From: a virus
Taxonomy: Duplodnaviria > Caudoviricetes
Virus record (IMG/VR): IMGVR_UViG_3300030372_003166
Location: 3,188 to 67,187 of that record
Strand: one strand, 5' to 3'
DNA: 64,000 nt
Position numbers and translations under genes: made by a program. The notes under the pieces were generated by a model. It ran no database searches, was not told the DNA's origin, and was given only the letters and a program-made list of their open reading frames with translations. Below are positions 35,601-43,696 of this stretch, one piece after another (position 1 is the stretch's first letter; every line of letters starts with the position of its first letter).

Positions 35601-38259
35601 TTTTCGCAAAAAACTTTATGGTTTTGTCTGTAGTAGTTTTTATTATATAACTAAAAGGGCTAGCTGGCTTTTCTTTTGATCCTTTTACTTTAGATATAGA
35701 AGACAAGTCTAAATTTAATTTACCTTTTTGTTTTAGACTTTCTTCTGTTTTTCTGTACTTCTCGTTTTTAGGAACTACGGTTGGTTGGTCTTTTTTTTTT
35801 ACGTCTTCTTTAGACGTTTTAGTTTCAGCTTCGGTAGAATCTTTTTCTTTTGCTGCCTTCCTTAGCGCAGAAGCAACATCTTTGTCGTTTATTACCTTTC
35901 CTATACCTGTACCCACAATTTCCAATGCTTTCTTTGCGGCTATTTTTCCAGCTTTAACTGCGTCAATTAATTTGTCTTTTGCTCTTGAAGTTATTTTCGC
36001 AGCAGCACCTTTTGTGTCATATGCTTTTATCTTTTCTATAGCGTCTTTTACTTCTTTTGAGTCTGCTTTTTCTTTTGCTTTACCAAACAAGCCTTTAACA
36101 CCTTCTACAGCCTTACCTCCTATATCTTTTACGGTCTCAAATGCTTTAGCGCCAACTCCTTTAACCTGTTCTGTTATAGTAGGCTTTTCTTTAGCTTCGG
36201 CTTTTTCTTTTTCAGTTTTTTGCTTTTCACCTTCTTGTGTAAAAGCTTCAAACTCTTCTTTACTCAAGCCAGCCTCTTTAAATCTTTTATCTCTAGCTCC
36301 AGTAGACTTTGCTATAGGAGCAGTATCTAACTTTCTAGTATATATATCCTGTATACGTTTTGTTATTTCCGCTTCTTGAATAGCTATTGATTCTAAAACA
36401 CCTAAATGCTCTGCCTCTGCTTGTTCTAATATCTGATTTAATTTTTTGTCTTGACCCTTCAGCACTTCTTTTTGTTTCTTAACGTATGCATTATAAGCTT
36501 CCGTTTGACTTTCTTTTTGCTTAGCAAGTATTGATAAAACTGTTTCATTATAAAAGGCCTGCTCTGCGCCTGCTTCTGTCAAACCAGTGTTTACAGAATG
36601 TTTCTCGTAATTTTTTTCTGACTGTTCTATAGCTTGCTTATATTCTGCAGCTGCTTCCTCGGTCATTTTACCGTCTTTTACCATGTTGTCAACTATTGAC
36701 ATAGCAACAGAACCGTCTCCTGAATAATTCCATACGTTAGCAGCTATCATATTAGCAACTGCTTGTCTAAACACAACTGTGTATTCTTGTGCTGATAATT
36801 TTTCTCCGTCTTTTAATAAACTTATTGTATTGTTGTAAGCATCTGCTTGTTTATGCAAAGCTCTAGTTCGCTCGGCAGCAGAATCATAATATCCTCTTGC
36901 TCCACCCATAGCCACTCCTAATCCTACAGATGACCAAAATATATCTCTTAACTCTGGCCTGTCTTCACCAAATGGAGCCTCTTTTAACCATGTTGTCCAT
37001 GATTCCCAATCTAATCCTTTAGCCTCTTGTATTTCTGCATACTTTGCCCATTCTTGAAAGGCTTCTTGAAATCCTTCAGTAACACCTTCTATGCTTGCAT
37101 ACGCAGCAGCAGCTGGTAAATTAGGCGCCACTCTTCTCATAAACATACCAGTTAAACCTTTCATGTTTTGTGCAAATGGAGTTTTTTGTACAGGATTTCT
37201 TAAAACTCTTCCCATAACACCTCTTCCCATACCTCCGAACAATATACCATATTGCAACGCGTCAACACCTATCCAAGCAGCGTTATCAACCATAACACCT
37301 GCCGCATGATGTGCAGCTTCTTGTGGAGTAAACAAAGGGTTTCCATTCTCATCTACTTCGTTAACCATTTCGTTATAAGCTTCTCCAGACAAATAAGCTC
37401 CTTCGGCTAAGTTTGCCGCTGTACCACCACCAATATATCCAGTTACATTTCTTAATAGTTGTGTAGGCTGTACGCCTTTTTTCCCAAGATCAACTGCTAA
37501 GTATCCTAAAACTCCAGAGCCTGGCTTACCCTTTTTTACGTCTTTTAGTCCCACACCTTTACCCGCTCTTCCAAATTTTCCTGATTTATTAGCAGATTTT
37601 AATACTTTTGGTCCAAATCTACCTAGCATTCTAGTAGCAGCCATAGATCCTCCAGCATAAGGTATCATAAAAGATAAAGCGTAAGGAACAAGTCTTGATA
37701 CTTTAGAGCTCCAAAACTCTCCATCAAACATGTCTTGCCAAGTTATATCTTGCAAATCTTCAGAAAGTATTAATGCGTTTTCTTTTTGATATTCTGTTCC
37801 TACTTTTTTTAGGTATGAGCCTAGCGTAGTTGTTAAATCCCCCTCTCCTGGCATAACGGCTGCAGTTACAAAATCAATAGTATCACCTGTTCCCGCGACT
37901 AAATCTCCCCAACCTGCTTTTAGCGCTCTCTGTGCTCTTTGTCCAGCAGAACTAACCATTTCAGCAGGATCAATTATTTGTTGTTGTGGTGCTTGACCAT
38001 ACCTTAACTCGTCTAACTTTCCATATTCGTCAGCCGCCATTTGGCCCGCCGCTTGCCCTGCAGCATATCTATCTAAAGCCTGATTCTCTACAGGATTTAT
38101 TGTTGAGCTATTAATTAATTGGTCAAAACCAGTTGGTCCTGTTTCCATTCCCTGTTCGTATAAATTTTGCAAGTCTTGTTCTGGAGATCCTGGCTGCACT
38201 TGATTTGACGCCTTGTTGCCTAATAAAATGTTAAGTCCTGATGTGTAGTCTTCTGCCAT
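26641..38259 (-). CDS. giant virion protein containing a crAss-type double-psi-barrel RNA polymerase and a zincin-like protease motif
   Basis: GTRVPAHG followed by WGADLDGDS (DLDGD at 31015-31029); IIHEAGHIY (34993-35007) with downstream LEETFA; Gly/Ala-rich hydrophobic N-region. Established: crAss-like phages package such RNAPs. Confidence 0.85.
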   Translation of the reverse strand: MAEDYTSGLNILLGNKASNQVQPGSPEQDLQNLYEQGMETGPTGFDQLINSSTINPVENQALDRYAAGQAAGQMAADEYGKLDELRYGQAPQQQIIDPAEMVSSAGQRAQRALKAGWGDLVAGTGDTIDFVTAAVMPGEGDLTTTLGSYLKKVGTEYQKENALILSEDLQDITWQDMFDGEFWSSKVSRLVPYALSFMIPYAGGSMAATRMLGRFGPKVLKSANKSGKFGRAGKGVGLKDVKKGKPGSGVLGYLAVDLGKKGVQPTQLLRNVTGYIGGGTAANLAEGAYLSGEAYNEMVNEVDENGNPLFTPQEAAHHAAGVMVDNAAWIGVDALQYGILFGGMGRGVMGRVLRNPVQKTPFAQNMKGLTGMFMRRVAPNLPAAAAYASIEGVTEGFQEAFQEWAKYAEIQEAKGLDWESWTTWLKEAPFGEDRPELRDIFWSSVGLGVAMGGARGYYDSAAERTRALHKQADAYNNTISLLKDGEKLSAQEYTVVFRQAVANMIAANVWNYSGDGSVAMSIVDNMVKDGKMTEEAAAEYKQAIEQSEKNYEKHSVNTGLTEAGAEQAFYNETVLSILAKQKESQTEAYNAYVKKQKEVLKGQDKKLNQILEQAEAEHLGVLESIAIQEAEITKRIQDIYTRKLDTAPIAKSTGARDKRFKEAGLSKEEFEAFTQEGEKQKTEKEKAEAKEKPTITEQVKGVGAKAFETVKDIGGKAVEGVKGLFGKAKEKADSKEVKDAIEKIKAYDTKGAAAKITSRAKDKLIDAVKAGKIAAKKALEIVGTGIGKVINDKDVASALRKAAKEKDSTEAETKTSKEDVKKKDQPTVVPKNEKYRKTEESLKQKGKLNLDLSSISKVKGSKEKPASPFSYIIKTTTDKTIKFFAKRNVDIRSYTKTVSDVVLRLVEPVAGKADVVEVNGKLYFQYKKGAPLYESKIEVVVDGKVIGEVEQATDEFFKEQEVSQTTEKKKPTKKAKKKDQRKIDQLIGAVKQAKEKIKSYLSKTQKEIPNYKATGVEAHPLYRYGSGVGEAQMVRNIVEKKFPGARGFVAFNKLIDDYGQEASSLAIGSTILINEDSVFQSDIIHEAGHIYYTLMGDTPLMKKINKLLPKSEIYQRTKQDYPELILMKFEGLNMTLGLIYREIFKNTDKKYDSFTDIRDIVKNIAEAEKAQDSARVNDLFQSLRTQIKINGGKDVAAKQQTHLLEETFARTLEAYSYGTVDAVIKGTAAQKQLEKDLIQFYKEVKNLATEEEARKLLDSAVDNIADLDLEAAIKTILLNFDSADRTVPFVLNSAYGAINKANKKILSKTASYSSVSSYIAEFMDRNLSSEEITERVVQAIADDSGMKRSNKIIKDIEPYVYSVIIQRKDKNNLAQADKILDAKLSQMGLTGKHKEGDNVDVISEDYKREEEKLRVLPTTTTNFIKKIVEYYNRDKDEKSMIDSKKILSAIMSLAKDTKNNPYDFVIQIRESKNPDMQAMVLTMDEIYSQVEGIENPKRYTNAKLVELKGPIEGINIEVLAHNVLSIGDNGQRAWYRNLSTSMTIEKKVIDSIVKGLFNNVEKEKRIAEIYNRHLINNEYDAGVAAEKILTELFDVENGEFINKELLLNNQITFRGKKQFIQNILFDYKLQRSYVVDGKTKYRRKPIYKLTNENLFTVFSSKENKFTHNSNGFKPEGIFRGSQIEIKDIVTQALVMSRAENYITMVDNVEQDGVSVLNKDNGLWSRTKNVFDIANSGITFGKKDLINPEHNIFVAIAQLQGKEEGRNNLNPFNITLHNGMKRYFVQNAYGLKNKEGLARKANDLNPNELTVGDFFMFLSRYNQGKENNQKTIYYDQPIAVFSDKSRRYYIESIIAHDAKSRKALLSRVEKNPAYKSNGKRGTYKNGDLVFPFTIENNNIVGKDMNKLVNEWYDYIQKNKELFKNNKDLNKILNKGKLSRKVLEAFLISSAANKFMAQQLFVHDHRQSKNEIDYIKRAAGAIAGHTVLDRNTSVEFFVTNDYYVAKDDYVAEDGKRVFTEEEAKDRFGENWENEVAVENDAMGYVLPEQAELITAKYGDAQKVGNVFKFVYHYTELEGPLKDRTTYMKFAVHTLTPEMEASSLYLKNLGDALRARTFEVEAMSKNKGNLVIGASQSAAKLYAGEQRYIHDIASTDNIGDMMEKQDEIYTDETGYKGLSGEGFGIQLELDKQTDERFFPSQLFYNLLTNITTENKKQVARMLELRKLVMETNNKNRNGSIIGVSENKDVLVERENFKSSVTADIYDVLIESSYDNLHPMFPYLNAVHNAVATGRITHKGTKMYIKGSIGYQSSSIGMDLKSYQKGLYKGEPLKSSIDVSLAKNEDIVVSEAIVPGYLYDQGVRIGDLFIGTRVPAHGKVSSSVFIVKDFHKQIKGTPTSNITIPAWVSKYWGADLDGDSIHMNFRYTQEEVKKDSWKGQSNEFFDLYVDLVSQENRQREITADIDFQDVSKQAIENVEKVFGKIKKDKPSQLTPMGDAQMFEDNVPAKKLVGIIAALMRTFNLFSNSQDRLPVSISIKNDKGTVERDRFFDDAELENKVGNWYGVAQLLNISLDNAKFQYASKLGMNFESIFSFVTLRRLGYSLEDIALMFNSPLVKQYLEYKRGRSQNYISKDSDIMQMFDDKNDQFENQFLTFIKDEKLGIDLSSTIKNKKIKIDLTNIKSKEQQKKILELIYILDSYNKNIVKPFSKAFTVHQTIEKNPLELSKINNKIKEIVKGPLNLITKWGKQSLTYELQQETKSNFILDHATTLFDAVLDRANIADIRYSNYIKDILENPMAQKSLQKLGESKSEVINQVIANNIKNQIGLIKDNRGKDVLIKEFEAIKKLEKNKDNMLLKNVLQVSENKKNIVINRQAITEFTSYKSISEIKNEFSKLNSTEKDLLFEIEYMFNLFGYTGGAGKATSFVPFFDNEYVQKINDGMLKVIKHNEKDYKIDLDRSPVPGELLDAIKDVEDRKAGKDKFTASQRRDKASKDNNNIIIGDIKKPKKVITPDTSFNGDYLAGGVETLSFRNWAADKGIDIDKIEKKSNTFKILTENYSKYKNHLKLAKEFESSLAKKPLSKYTMEGLYTEARRFRKMDNSATKGVAHMLEKEIGQRAFRKQSQFLKEAGKDQGYNYKIPGVDGVAQDDLTNFQAWLGSNNMTSKRPEIQYLINEAQKDYRKYIKSFKEHKNLIEEKNRALVRSKMKDLSVLERIRKEFDTNARYQYIYGNLATVENGNVRLYTPEEIVANGVELTKEEKEYYIRYKAVAEILLGSEEGKTVIPGLQMGTIENMARSGLFGLYNAAIDSNDYYKVRVRGTDLDGNKVIKTYYEWKYDVYKGRTGKLRLKSGKEIYELDKLRRKAKSFKQQGMHEDKTPILLSDTEYDALVNNGSLLKRMVGYDKTSNIDAELIKEYERRKGVKAQNISYDINTTLLEFTRGHIFRHGEGRYQMKDGKISERDDRFTGMDKVAILTDSIIGFNKDLDNKNAVKYLTEWWKEGFLEKKQQTSALGKTGDKVIDSFVRLTSLRLLGFNMSVGLGNILAGKYQELRKRGGKQFIKGEARYWKDMLRSRDILKKHRIVEYSFDEFIHLSEKSGPLGRLERFSYLFMDKSEAYIQGASFLGMLTDKEYNTGVISEDRVMYINNKITTLHGEGYTALDASLLSMYSYGRALLQFKKWFITLINDRFKAEDIDRFGEVNIGSYRASSEFVTDLFRKYFAGELTKDKIKEIYNNSSEKRKQEMRNHVSGIGIGVTLLSLIAMMEDDDEPDTFAIRRLKKLSHDVFITTDIRRFVNYTAVPSSYGTMKNAAKAIQESVSEDRVKRTGPYAKRGESQAGKTFKYEISPFAEARKDLMNILGDDNSNKKETSSLIR

Positions 38260-40307
38260 TAGTAAGAATATTGTGTAATGCTTTTGCTTATGCTTCTGCT
38301 TTGCTTGTAACCTACAGGAGTCATTATAGACTCACTGTAAGCGTCATATTTACCTGTTTTTATTGCTTCCAACATTGCTGTAAAGTTAGGGTCGTTATTT
38401 ACAAGACCTGCTTTTAGTTTTTGCGCCGAATAAGCCATGTATTCTGAAGCATTATTTGCGACCATAGTTGGGTTGCCCTGACCATCTTCTTCCATAACAA
38501 TTGGATACTCTCTTGGTTGTCGCGAATTTACATATAAATCTGAAATAATCATAGGCATTACTTGTTGAATTTTAGTAGCGCTAACATTAGCCATGCCCAG
38601 TCCTATAGTAAGAGATTGATCGTAAGCGCTTACCACCTGGTTAACAGCAGCATCATCTGGCAAATCCAACTGTTTTTGTAATTTTATAGAGTTTGTTACT
38701 CTGCGTTTTTCGGCATGTTTTTTGTGAGCTAATTCTTGCGAATACGAAGCCATCTGCCCTTTAACTCTATTTATGTTTTCAGAATTTACATTTTGATTTA
38801 TAGCTGCTTGTACATTAGCATCGCCTAAATCTACTTTTTTGTAATAAGCGTCGTCATGAGTAACCATGTCGTCATCTATAAGCTCTGCTACAATAACATA
38901 ATCAAATGTTGTATCTTTATATTTCTCTCTCATTTTATTCATATCCTCTTCGCTTGAAACATCTGTAAGTAAGAAAGAATCTCCATCTGCATTTTTACCT
39001 TCTAAGGCAATATGATAACCTGTAAGTCTTAAATCGTCTGTTTCAGATTCTTGCCAAGAGTCTTTACCTGTAATCCACATAGAAGATATATCCCGATCTT
39101 GTATTTTATGACCTCTTGAATCATACAACCCTAACATACTAATACCGTTTACTTGGCGGTTTTTGGAATTATACCTAGAAGTTTTGTTTTCATCATTATA
39201 AGCTCCAGCCCATGCCATTGTTATTTGGTCTTCTAAACCTTGGTTATATGCAAAAATTCTACCACTACCTACCATTTCTCTCCCTTTAGCAAAAGGAGCT
39301 TTTATTCCTTTATAGCTTTTCATTGTTGAGCTTTTATCATAACCCCCTAGTCTGTCCCAATCCATAGCAGAAGTTTCATCAAACAATTGTTTAAATGATA
39401 TGTTTTGATCTCTAAATCTAAAGAAATCAGAGCCCTTGTAAACACCTGTTTTATTTGTAGCATCAATAGACCTAACTAATTCAGTAGAAAACTCTGTATC
39501 TATTTCTTTTTCTCCATACAATGCTTTGTCACCAAAATATGATATACTTCCAGAAGAATAATGACCTAGCTCTTTTGAAACCCAGTTCCTTATATCTTGG
39601 TCTGATAGCGCTTGCATATAAGCTTGCGCGTCTGCTGGGTTTTGATCATTTACCATATCCATTATAATAGCGCTATAATTATCAGCTATAACCTCATCTA
39701 AACTAATGTTATCTGAAGCTAAACGATCTTTTGTTGCTTCTTTCAAATAATCAGCCCTTGGCCCGTTAAAAATAAAATTATCTATTTTACCATTAACAAA
39801 TTCTTTATATCTTTCTTTTGACCTTCCTGTTAAAAATTTACCGTTTCCGTCTTTATCTAGTGCGTAGGCGTGATACAGCTCTAGACTTGCTTTGTTTTTG
39901 TTAGTTCTCATAGAAATAGGGTTTGTTTTTAGTTTACCCTTGTATTCTTCTAGTAAATAATCCAAATTACCGTATAATCTTGCGTTGTCTACAGATCCGT
40001 GCTCTCTTAAAACAGCTTGTATGTCGCTCCAACCTGACATAGTGTTGTGCCAATCTCTAAAATCATCTATATCTTTTTGCCTAGCAAAATTATTTTTTGT
40101 ATACAAATCCATTCTTGCAGCTTCAGTTGCTGTATTAACCTGAGATTGTATTTGTTTTTGTTTGTCTAATTGCTGAAGCTCCAATTGACGCTGTTGTTGC
40201 ATCAATTGATATTCTTGTAATTTTCTTTGTTCTCTTTGCGCTTGTATAGCCCCTGCTTGCTGCATAGGTCCTGTCAAGGCTTGAAAAAAATAGTTATCTA
40301 CTGCCAT
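38259..40307 (-). CDS. putative internal virion/ejection protein
   Basis: 682 aa, Gln-rich helical N-terminus, directly upstream of the vRNAP gene with coupled overlap. Confidence 0.65.
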   Translation of the reverse strand: MAVDNYFFQALTGPMQQAGAIQAQREQRKLQEYQLMQQQRQLELQQLDKQKQIQSQVNTATEAARMDLYTKNNFARQKDIDDFRDWHNTMSGWSDIQAVLREHGSVDNARLYGNLDYLLEEYKGKLKTNPISMRTNKNKASLELYHAYALDKDGNGKFLTGRSKERYKEFVNGKIDNFIFNGPRADYLKEATKDRLASDNISLDEVIADNYSAIIMDMVNDQNPADAQAYMQALSDQDIRNWVSKELGHYSSGSISYFGDKALYGEKEIDTEFSTELVRSIDATNKTGVYKGSDFFRFRDQNISFKQLFDETSAMDWDRLGGYDKSSTMKSYKGIKAPFAKGREMVGSGRIFAYNQGLEDQITMAWAGAYNDENKTSRYNSKNRQVNGISMLGLYDSRGHKIQDRDISSMWITGKDSWQESETDDLRLTGYHIALEGKNADGDSFLLTDVSSEEDMNKMREKYKDTTFDYVIVAELIDDDMVTHDDAYYKKVDLGDANVQAAINQNVNSENINRVKGQMASYSQELAHKKHAEKRRVTNSIKLQKQLDLPDDAAVNQVVSAYDQSLTIGLGMANVSATKIQQVMPMIISDLYVNSRQPREYPIVMEEDGQGNPTMVANNASEYMAYSAQKLKAGLVNNDPNFTAMLEAIKTGKYDAYSESIMTPVGYKQSRSISKSITQYSY

Positions 40308-40310
40308 TTT

Positions 40311-42470
40311 TTATTTATTTGTTGTTTGTTCTGATACATCAAACATATTGTATAAGTTTGTGGTGCCCTTTGGCATATTTGGAACTAAAGAACTTTTTCC
40401 TAATCCAGATAACAAAGTTGTAAATGCTGCTGAAGTAAATCCTGCTGCTGCTTTTTTGTTTGCCAGCTGTCTTTCCATGTCTTCTGTTCTTTCTTGTTCT
40501 GTTCTTTGTATGTCAAAGTTTTCTTTAAAAAGCATCATCTTTTCATACTTATCTTGATTTTCTCTTTGTAATTTTTCGTCGGCTACGGCATAATCTAATA
40601 AAGCTGATGAGCGCTGCGCGTCTAACACTCCTGACTGCGCTAAAAATCTAGCTCTTTGACCGCCAGAACCTCTTACTGCGTTTTCCAACCCTTTTTGATA
40701 TGACATATCCAAATCTTTTCTAAACTTTCTTGCTTGATCTGGATGAAACCCTTTTTTAGCTAACTCTCTAGTTTGCCTAAGGTGCTGCATAAACAAAGGA
40801 GACAATTCAGGCTTAGCTAGGGGTTTTACTTCTTTCATGGCTTCTTGTAAGCCTCTTTTGCCCATAAAGTAAGAAATAATAGCGCTAGGACCCCCTACCG
40901 CATCTAAAATAGCGCCAGCACCTTTTAATAATGAAGACCCTACTTTTTGCGCCTTTTGTGCGTTTGTTAAAGGAGCGGCAGGCTGTGGATCCTCAACTGT
41001 TTTTGGCAATTGTTCTATGTTACCCTCAAATGGTGTAAGCTGGTTTTCAAAACTTTGTTCATCATCAAATACAAAAGCATTGCTAGGGTCTTTTTTGTCT
41101 AAAGTAGTCCAATCATCTTCATAATTATATTTCATTTCAAATGTTGGCTGGTCAAACTCGTCTATTGTAGGGGCTCCAGTTTCTCTTGTAGCCTTATTAT
41201 ATTTTACTTGCCACCCTCCTTCTTTTCCTTTTCTCCATAAATTACCCTCGTCATCTGTGAATACCCCTTCTGATAATGGTACGTATTCTTCTGGGACAAA
41301 GTCTAAGTCTTGATCGTTTACCTCTCCAGTATTAATTATTCTTTCTTCCTTTTTCTCAGTTTCGGTTAAATAATTTTCGTTAAACTGTTTTAAGTATTTC
41401 TCAGCATTGGGATCACCAGCTTTACTTAAACCAGCAATAATATTATACACCTCGTCTCGTGCTGAAAAGTCTTGTCCTACTTTTTTGCTTGGGTAGGGAC
41501 TAGTTCCTTTTTCTTTATGGTCAGGATCAAATTCCTGCATTTCATATATATCAGAAACTAAAGGTACGTTGTTGTCTAAAATTAATTTTAAATTTCTTAC
41601 ATCGCCAAATAAAATATTTAAATCGCTTACAGAAAGAGGTTGGTTTTTATCTCCGTTTTGAAATTGTTTTGCTAAATTTTCTACAGTACCTACAAATCCT
41701 CCCTGCACATACCCCTCTGGTGTTTCCATTGCGCGTATAATATCATCTTCTGCTTTTTGTATGTCTATTGTCCCAGTTGTCATGTATTCTTCTTTCAAAC
41801 TAGGAACTTCTTCAGATAAAAATTTTAAAAGACTTTCTTTATTTGCAAAGTCATATTTTGTCTTATCTTTAAAATATTTAGCATATTTACTTTTCTTTAA
41901 TTGCTTTACAATTTCTCCTACACCAAAAGTGCCTGTTGAAACACCTGATTGTGTAGCTTGCGCTGGGTCTAGAATTTGTTTTGTTAAAGAAGGGTCTATG
42001 GATCCTTGTGTTCTTCTTGGTATTTTATTTAGTTTAAAAATAAAATCTTCACTAAAATTAGAATCTTCCATCATGTCTTCTAATTCAGAATCAAAAAATC
42101 CTTCTTGTCCAGTTATTTTTTCCGCGTATTCTTCTCCCTTTGTAATGCTTATGGCGTGCGCCATATATGCCTGCGCTTTTTTAATATCCGCAGGATTAGT
42201 CATATCTAGACCTTGCAGGTTTAATGCTTTTTTTATTCCTTTACTCCATCTTTCTATGTTAGCATAGTCTTCTGCTTGACCAGCACCAGCTAAACTTAAA
42301 CCTGCAGGTAATTTTTCTGTTTTAAAATCTTTTGTAAAATTATAAACCTTACTTGCTATATCTTTTTTTTCTTTATCCGTAAGGTCATATACAGATTGGT
42401 CAGCCTCCATTTGACTGTAGTTATTTAGCAATTTAAGAAACGCAACTATATTTATGTCTTTTTCAGCCAT
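40311..42470 (-). CDS. putative internal virion/ejection protein
   Basis: 719 aa; Gly/Ala amphipathic segment plus coiled-coil at the C-terminus. Confidence 0.65.
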   Translation of the reverse strand: MAEKDINIVAFLKLLNNYSQMEADQSVYDLTDKEKKDIASKVYNFTKDFKTEKLPAGLSLAGAGQAEDYANIERWSKGIKKALNLQGLDMTNPADIKKAQAYMAHAISITKGEEYAEKITGQEGFFDSELEDMMEDSNFSEDFIFKLNKIPRRTQGSIDPSLTKQILDPAQATQSGVSTGTFGVGEIVKQLKKSKYAKYFKDKTKYDFANKESLLKFLSEEVPSLKEEYMTTGTIDIQKAEDDIIRAMETPEGYVQGGFVGTVENLAKQFQNGDKNQPLSVSDLNILFGDVRNLKLILDNNVPLVSDIYEMQEFDPDHKEKGTSPYPSKKVGQDFSARDEVYNIIAGLSKAGDPNAEKYLKQFNENYLTETEKKEERIINTGEVNDQDLDFVPEEYVPLSEGVFTDDEGNLWRKGKEGGWQVKYNKATRETGAPTIDEFDQPTFEMKYNYEDDWTTLDKKDPSNAFVFDDEQSFENQLTPFEGNIEQLPKTVEDPQPAAPLTNAQKAQKVGSSLLKGAGAILDAVGGPSAIISYFMGKRGLQEAMKEVKPLAKPELSPLFMQHLRQTRELAKKGFHPDQARKFRKDLDMSYQKGLENAVRGSGGQRARFLAQSGVLDAQRSSALLDYAVADEKLQRENQDKYEKMMLFKENFDIQRTEQERTEDMERQLANKKAAAGFTSAAFTTLLSGLGKSSLVPNMPKGTTNLYNMFDVSEQTTNK

Positions 42471-43687
42471 TACGCCATATTATTTTTTTTCCACTTCTTC
42501 ATATTCTTTTTTACCACCTTAACTACTGTATCGTCATCCATGTCCATTTTAAATTGATCTGTAGCGTGATCGTATATTCCAGCTCCTTTGTTAGCTTTAA
42601 AAGGTAGCGCGCTCCCGCCCGCGTAGATGTTTCCTTCACTGTCTACTGGCATTGGGTTGTTTTTATGTGTTTCAGGACCAGGAGTTATTTTACCTCCTTT
42701 CATAGCCATTCTTATTCTGTTAGCTGCAGATTTGTTGTTGCCCTTAGCTATATCGTTTTCTAAAGCATCTTGATCATTTACAACTAACTCGTTACCAGTG
42801 AACTCAGCTACAATATTTTTATCCATCTTCATGCCTTGTTCAGCATAACTTCTCATATTGTAATTACCACCATATTGGTTGTCATACCTTCCTTCTCTTT
42901 GCCGAGCCATTTGATCTGATAATTGTGCCTGCATTTCTTCTCTTCCTTCTTCAACTGCTGCATATCTTTCATCTCGCATATCATCTCTATATTCTTTCAT
43001 CTTTTTTTCTGCTGCTCTCTTTTTTCTTCTTGCTGACCTTTTTCCTAACATAGAAAGTAATATTCCTATACCAATTCCCACAGGCCCAGCTGCCGCTGTT
43101 CCCATTCCTAAATAAGGAGCGAGTTGTTGTGCGGCTAAGTATGAAGAACCTATAGTTCCAGCTGCCTCCATAGACGAATAACTATAAGGATCTTGATCTC
43201 TTGTTAAGCCATACACTAATGCGGCAGGCCCTAAATTCATGCTTGTAGCGGTAGATCCAGGTGGTATAGCTGCTCCAGGCGCCAAACTTGTTGTAACTCC
43301 AGTAGCTGCATCTGTTACTAATTGCGTTCCTGCGGCTTGTCCTGTTACCAGATTTCTCGTATGAAGAGCCGCCTCACCAAGAAACGGAGACACTTTATTT
43401 GCTATAGATGCATAGGTTAACCCCTGAGAGCCTCTTAACATTAACTTTTCACCAGTAGTCATACCTGACTCTAACTCTTTAGCAGCGGCAATAGGATTTG
43501 GTGTTCGCCTTCCCTCTCCAGTGTATATGTTTCTAGCTGATCTAGGTGTGTACGCGCCAGAAGAGTATGGATTTACAGGGGCGTATTCCATTTGTACATT
43601 ACGAAGATTATTACCAGTATTTGCAAAACTGTTTCGTAATAAATCCCCGTATAATCTTGTTGCACCTAAAACGTCTGAGTAACTCAT
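42470..43687 (-). CDS. putative internal virion/ejection protein with TM-like segment
   Basis: Gly/Ala-rich hydrophobic stretch (AAGPVGIGIGILLSMLG), basic coiled-coil, YAEQG...AEFTGNE motif. Confidence 0.65.
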   Translation of the reverse strand: MSYSDVLGATRLYGDLLRNSFANTGNNLRNVQMEYAPVNPYSSGAYTPRSARNIYTGEGRRTPNPIAAAKELESGMTTGEKLMLRGSQGLTYASIANKVSPFLGEAALHTRNLVTGQAAGTQLVTDAATGVTTSLAPGAAIPPGSTATSMNLGPAALVYGLTRDQDPYSYSSMEAAGTIGSSYLAAQQLAPYLGMGTAAAGPVGIGIGILLSMLGKRSARRKKRAAEKKMKEYRDDMRDERYAAVEEGREEMQAQLSDQMARQREGRYDNQYGGNYNMRSYAEQGMKMDKNIVAEFTGNELVVNDQDALENDIAKGNNKSAANRIRMAMKGGKITPGPETHKNNPMPVDSEGNIYAGGSALPFKANKGAGIYDHATDQFKMDMDDDTVVKVVKKNMKKWKKNNMA

Positions 43688-43696
43688 ATTATCTTT

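Noticed and set aside
40311-42470. Lysozyme-like domain in the N-terminal part of the 719-aa ejection protein
   Set aside because: Only a vague resemblance around DYANIERWSKGIKKAL...AHAISIT; no catalytic motif could be assigned.
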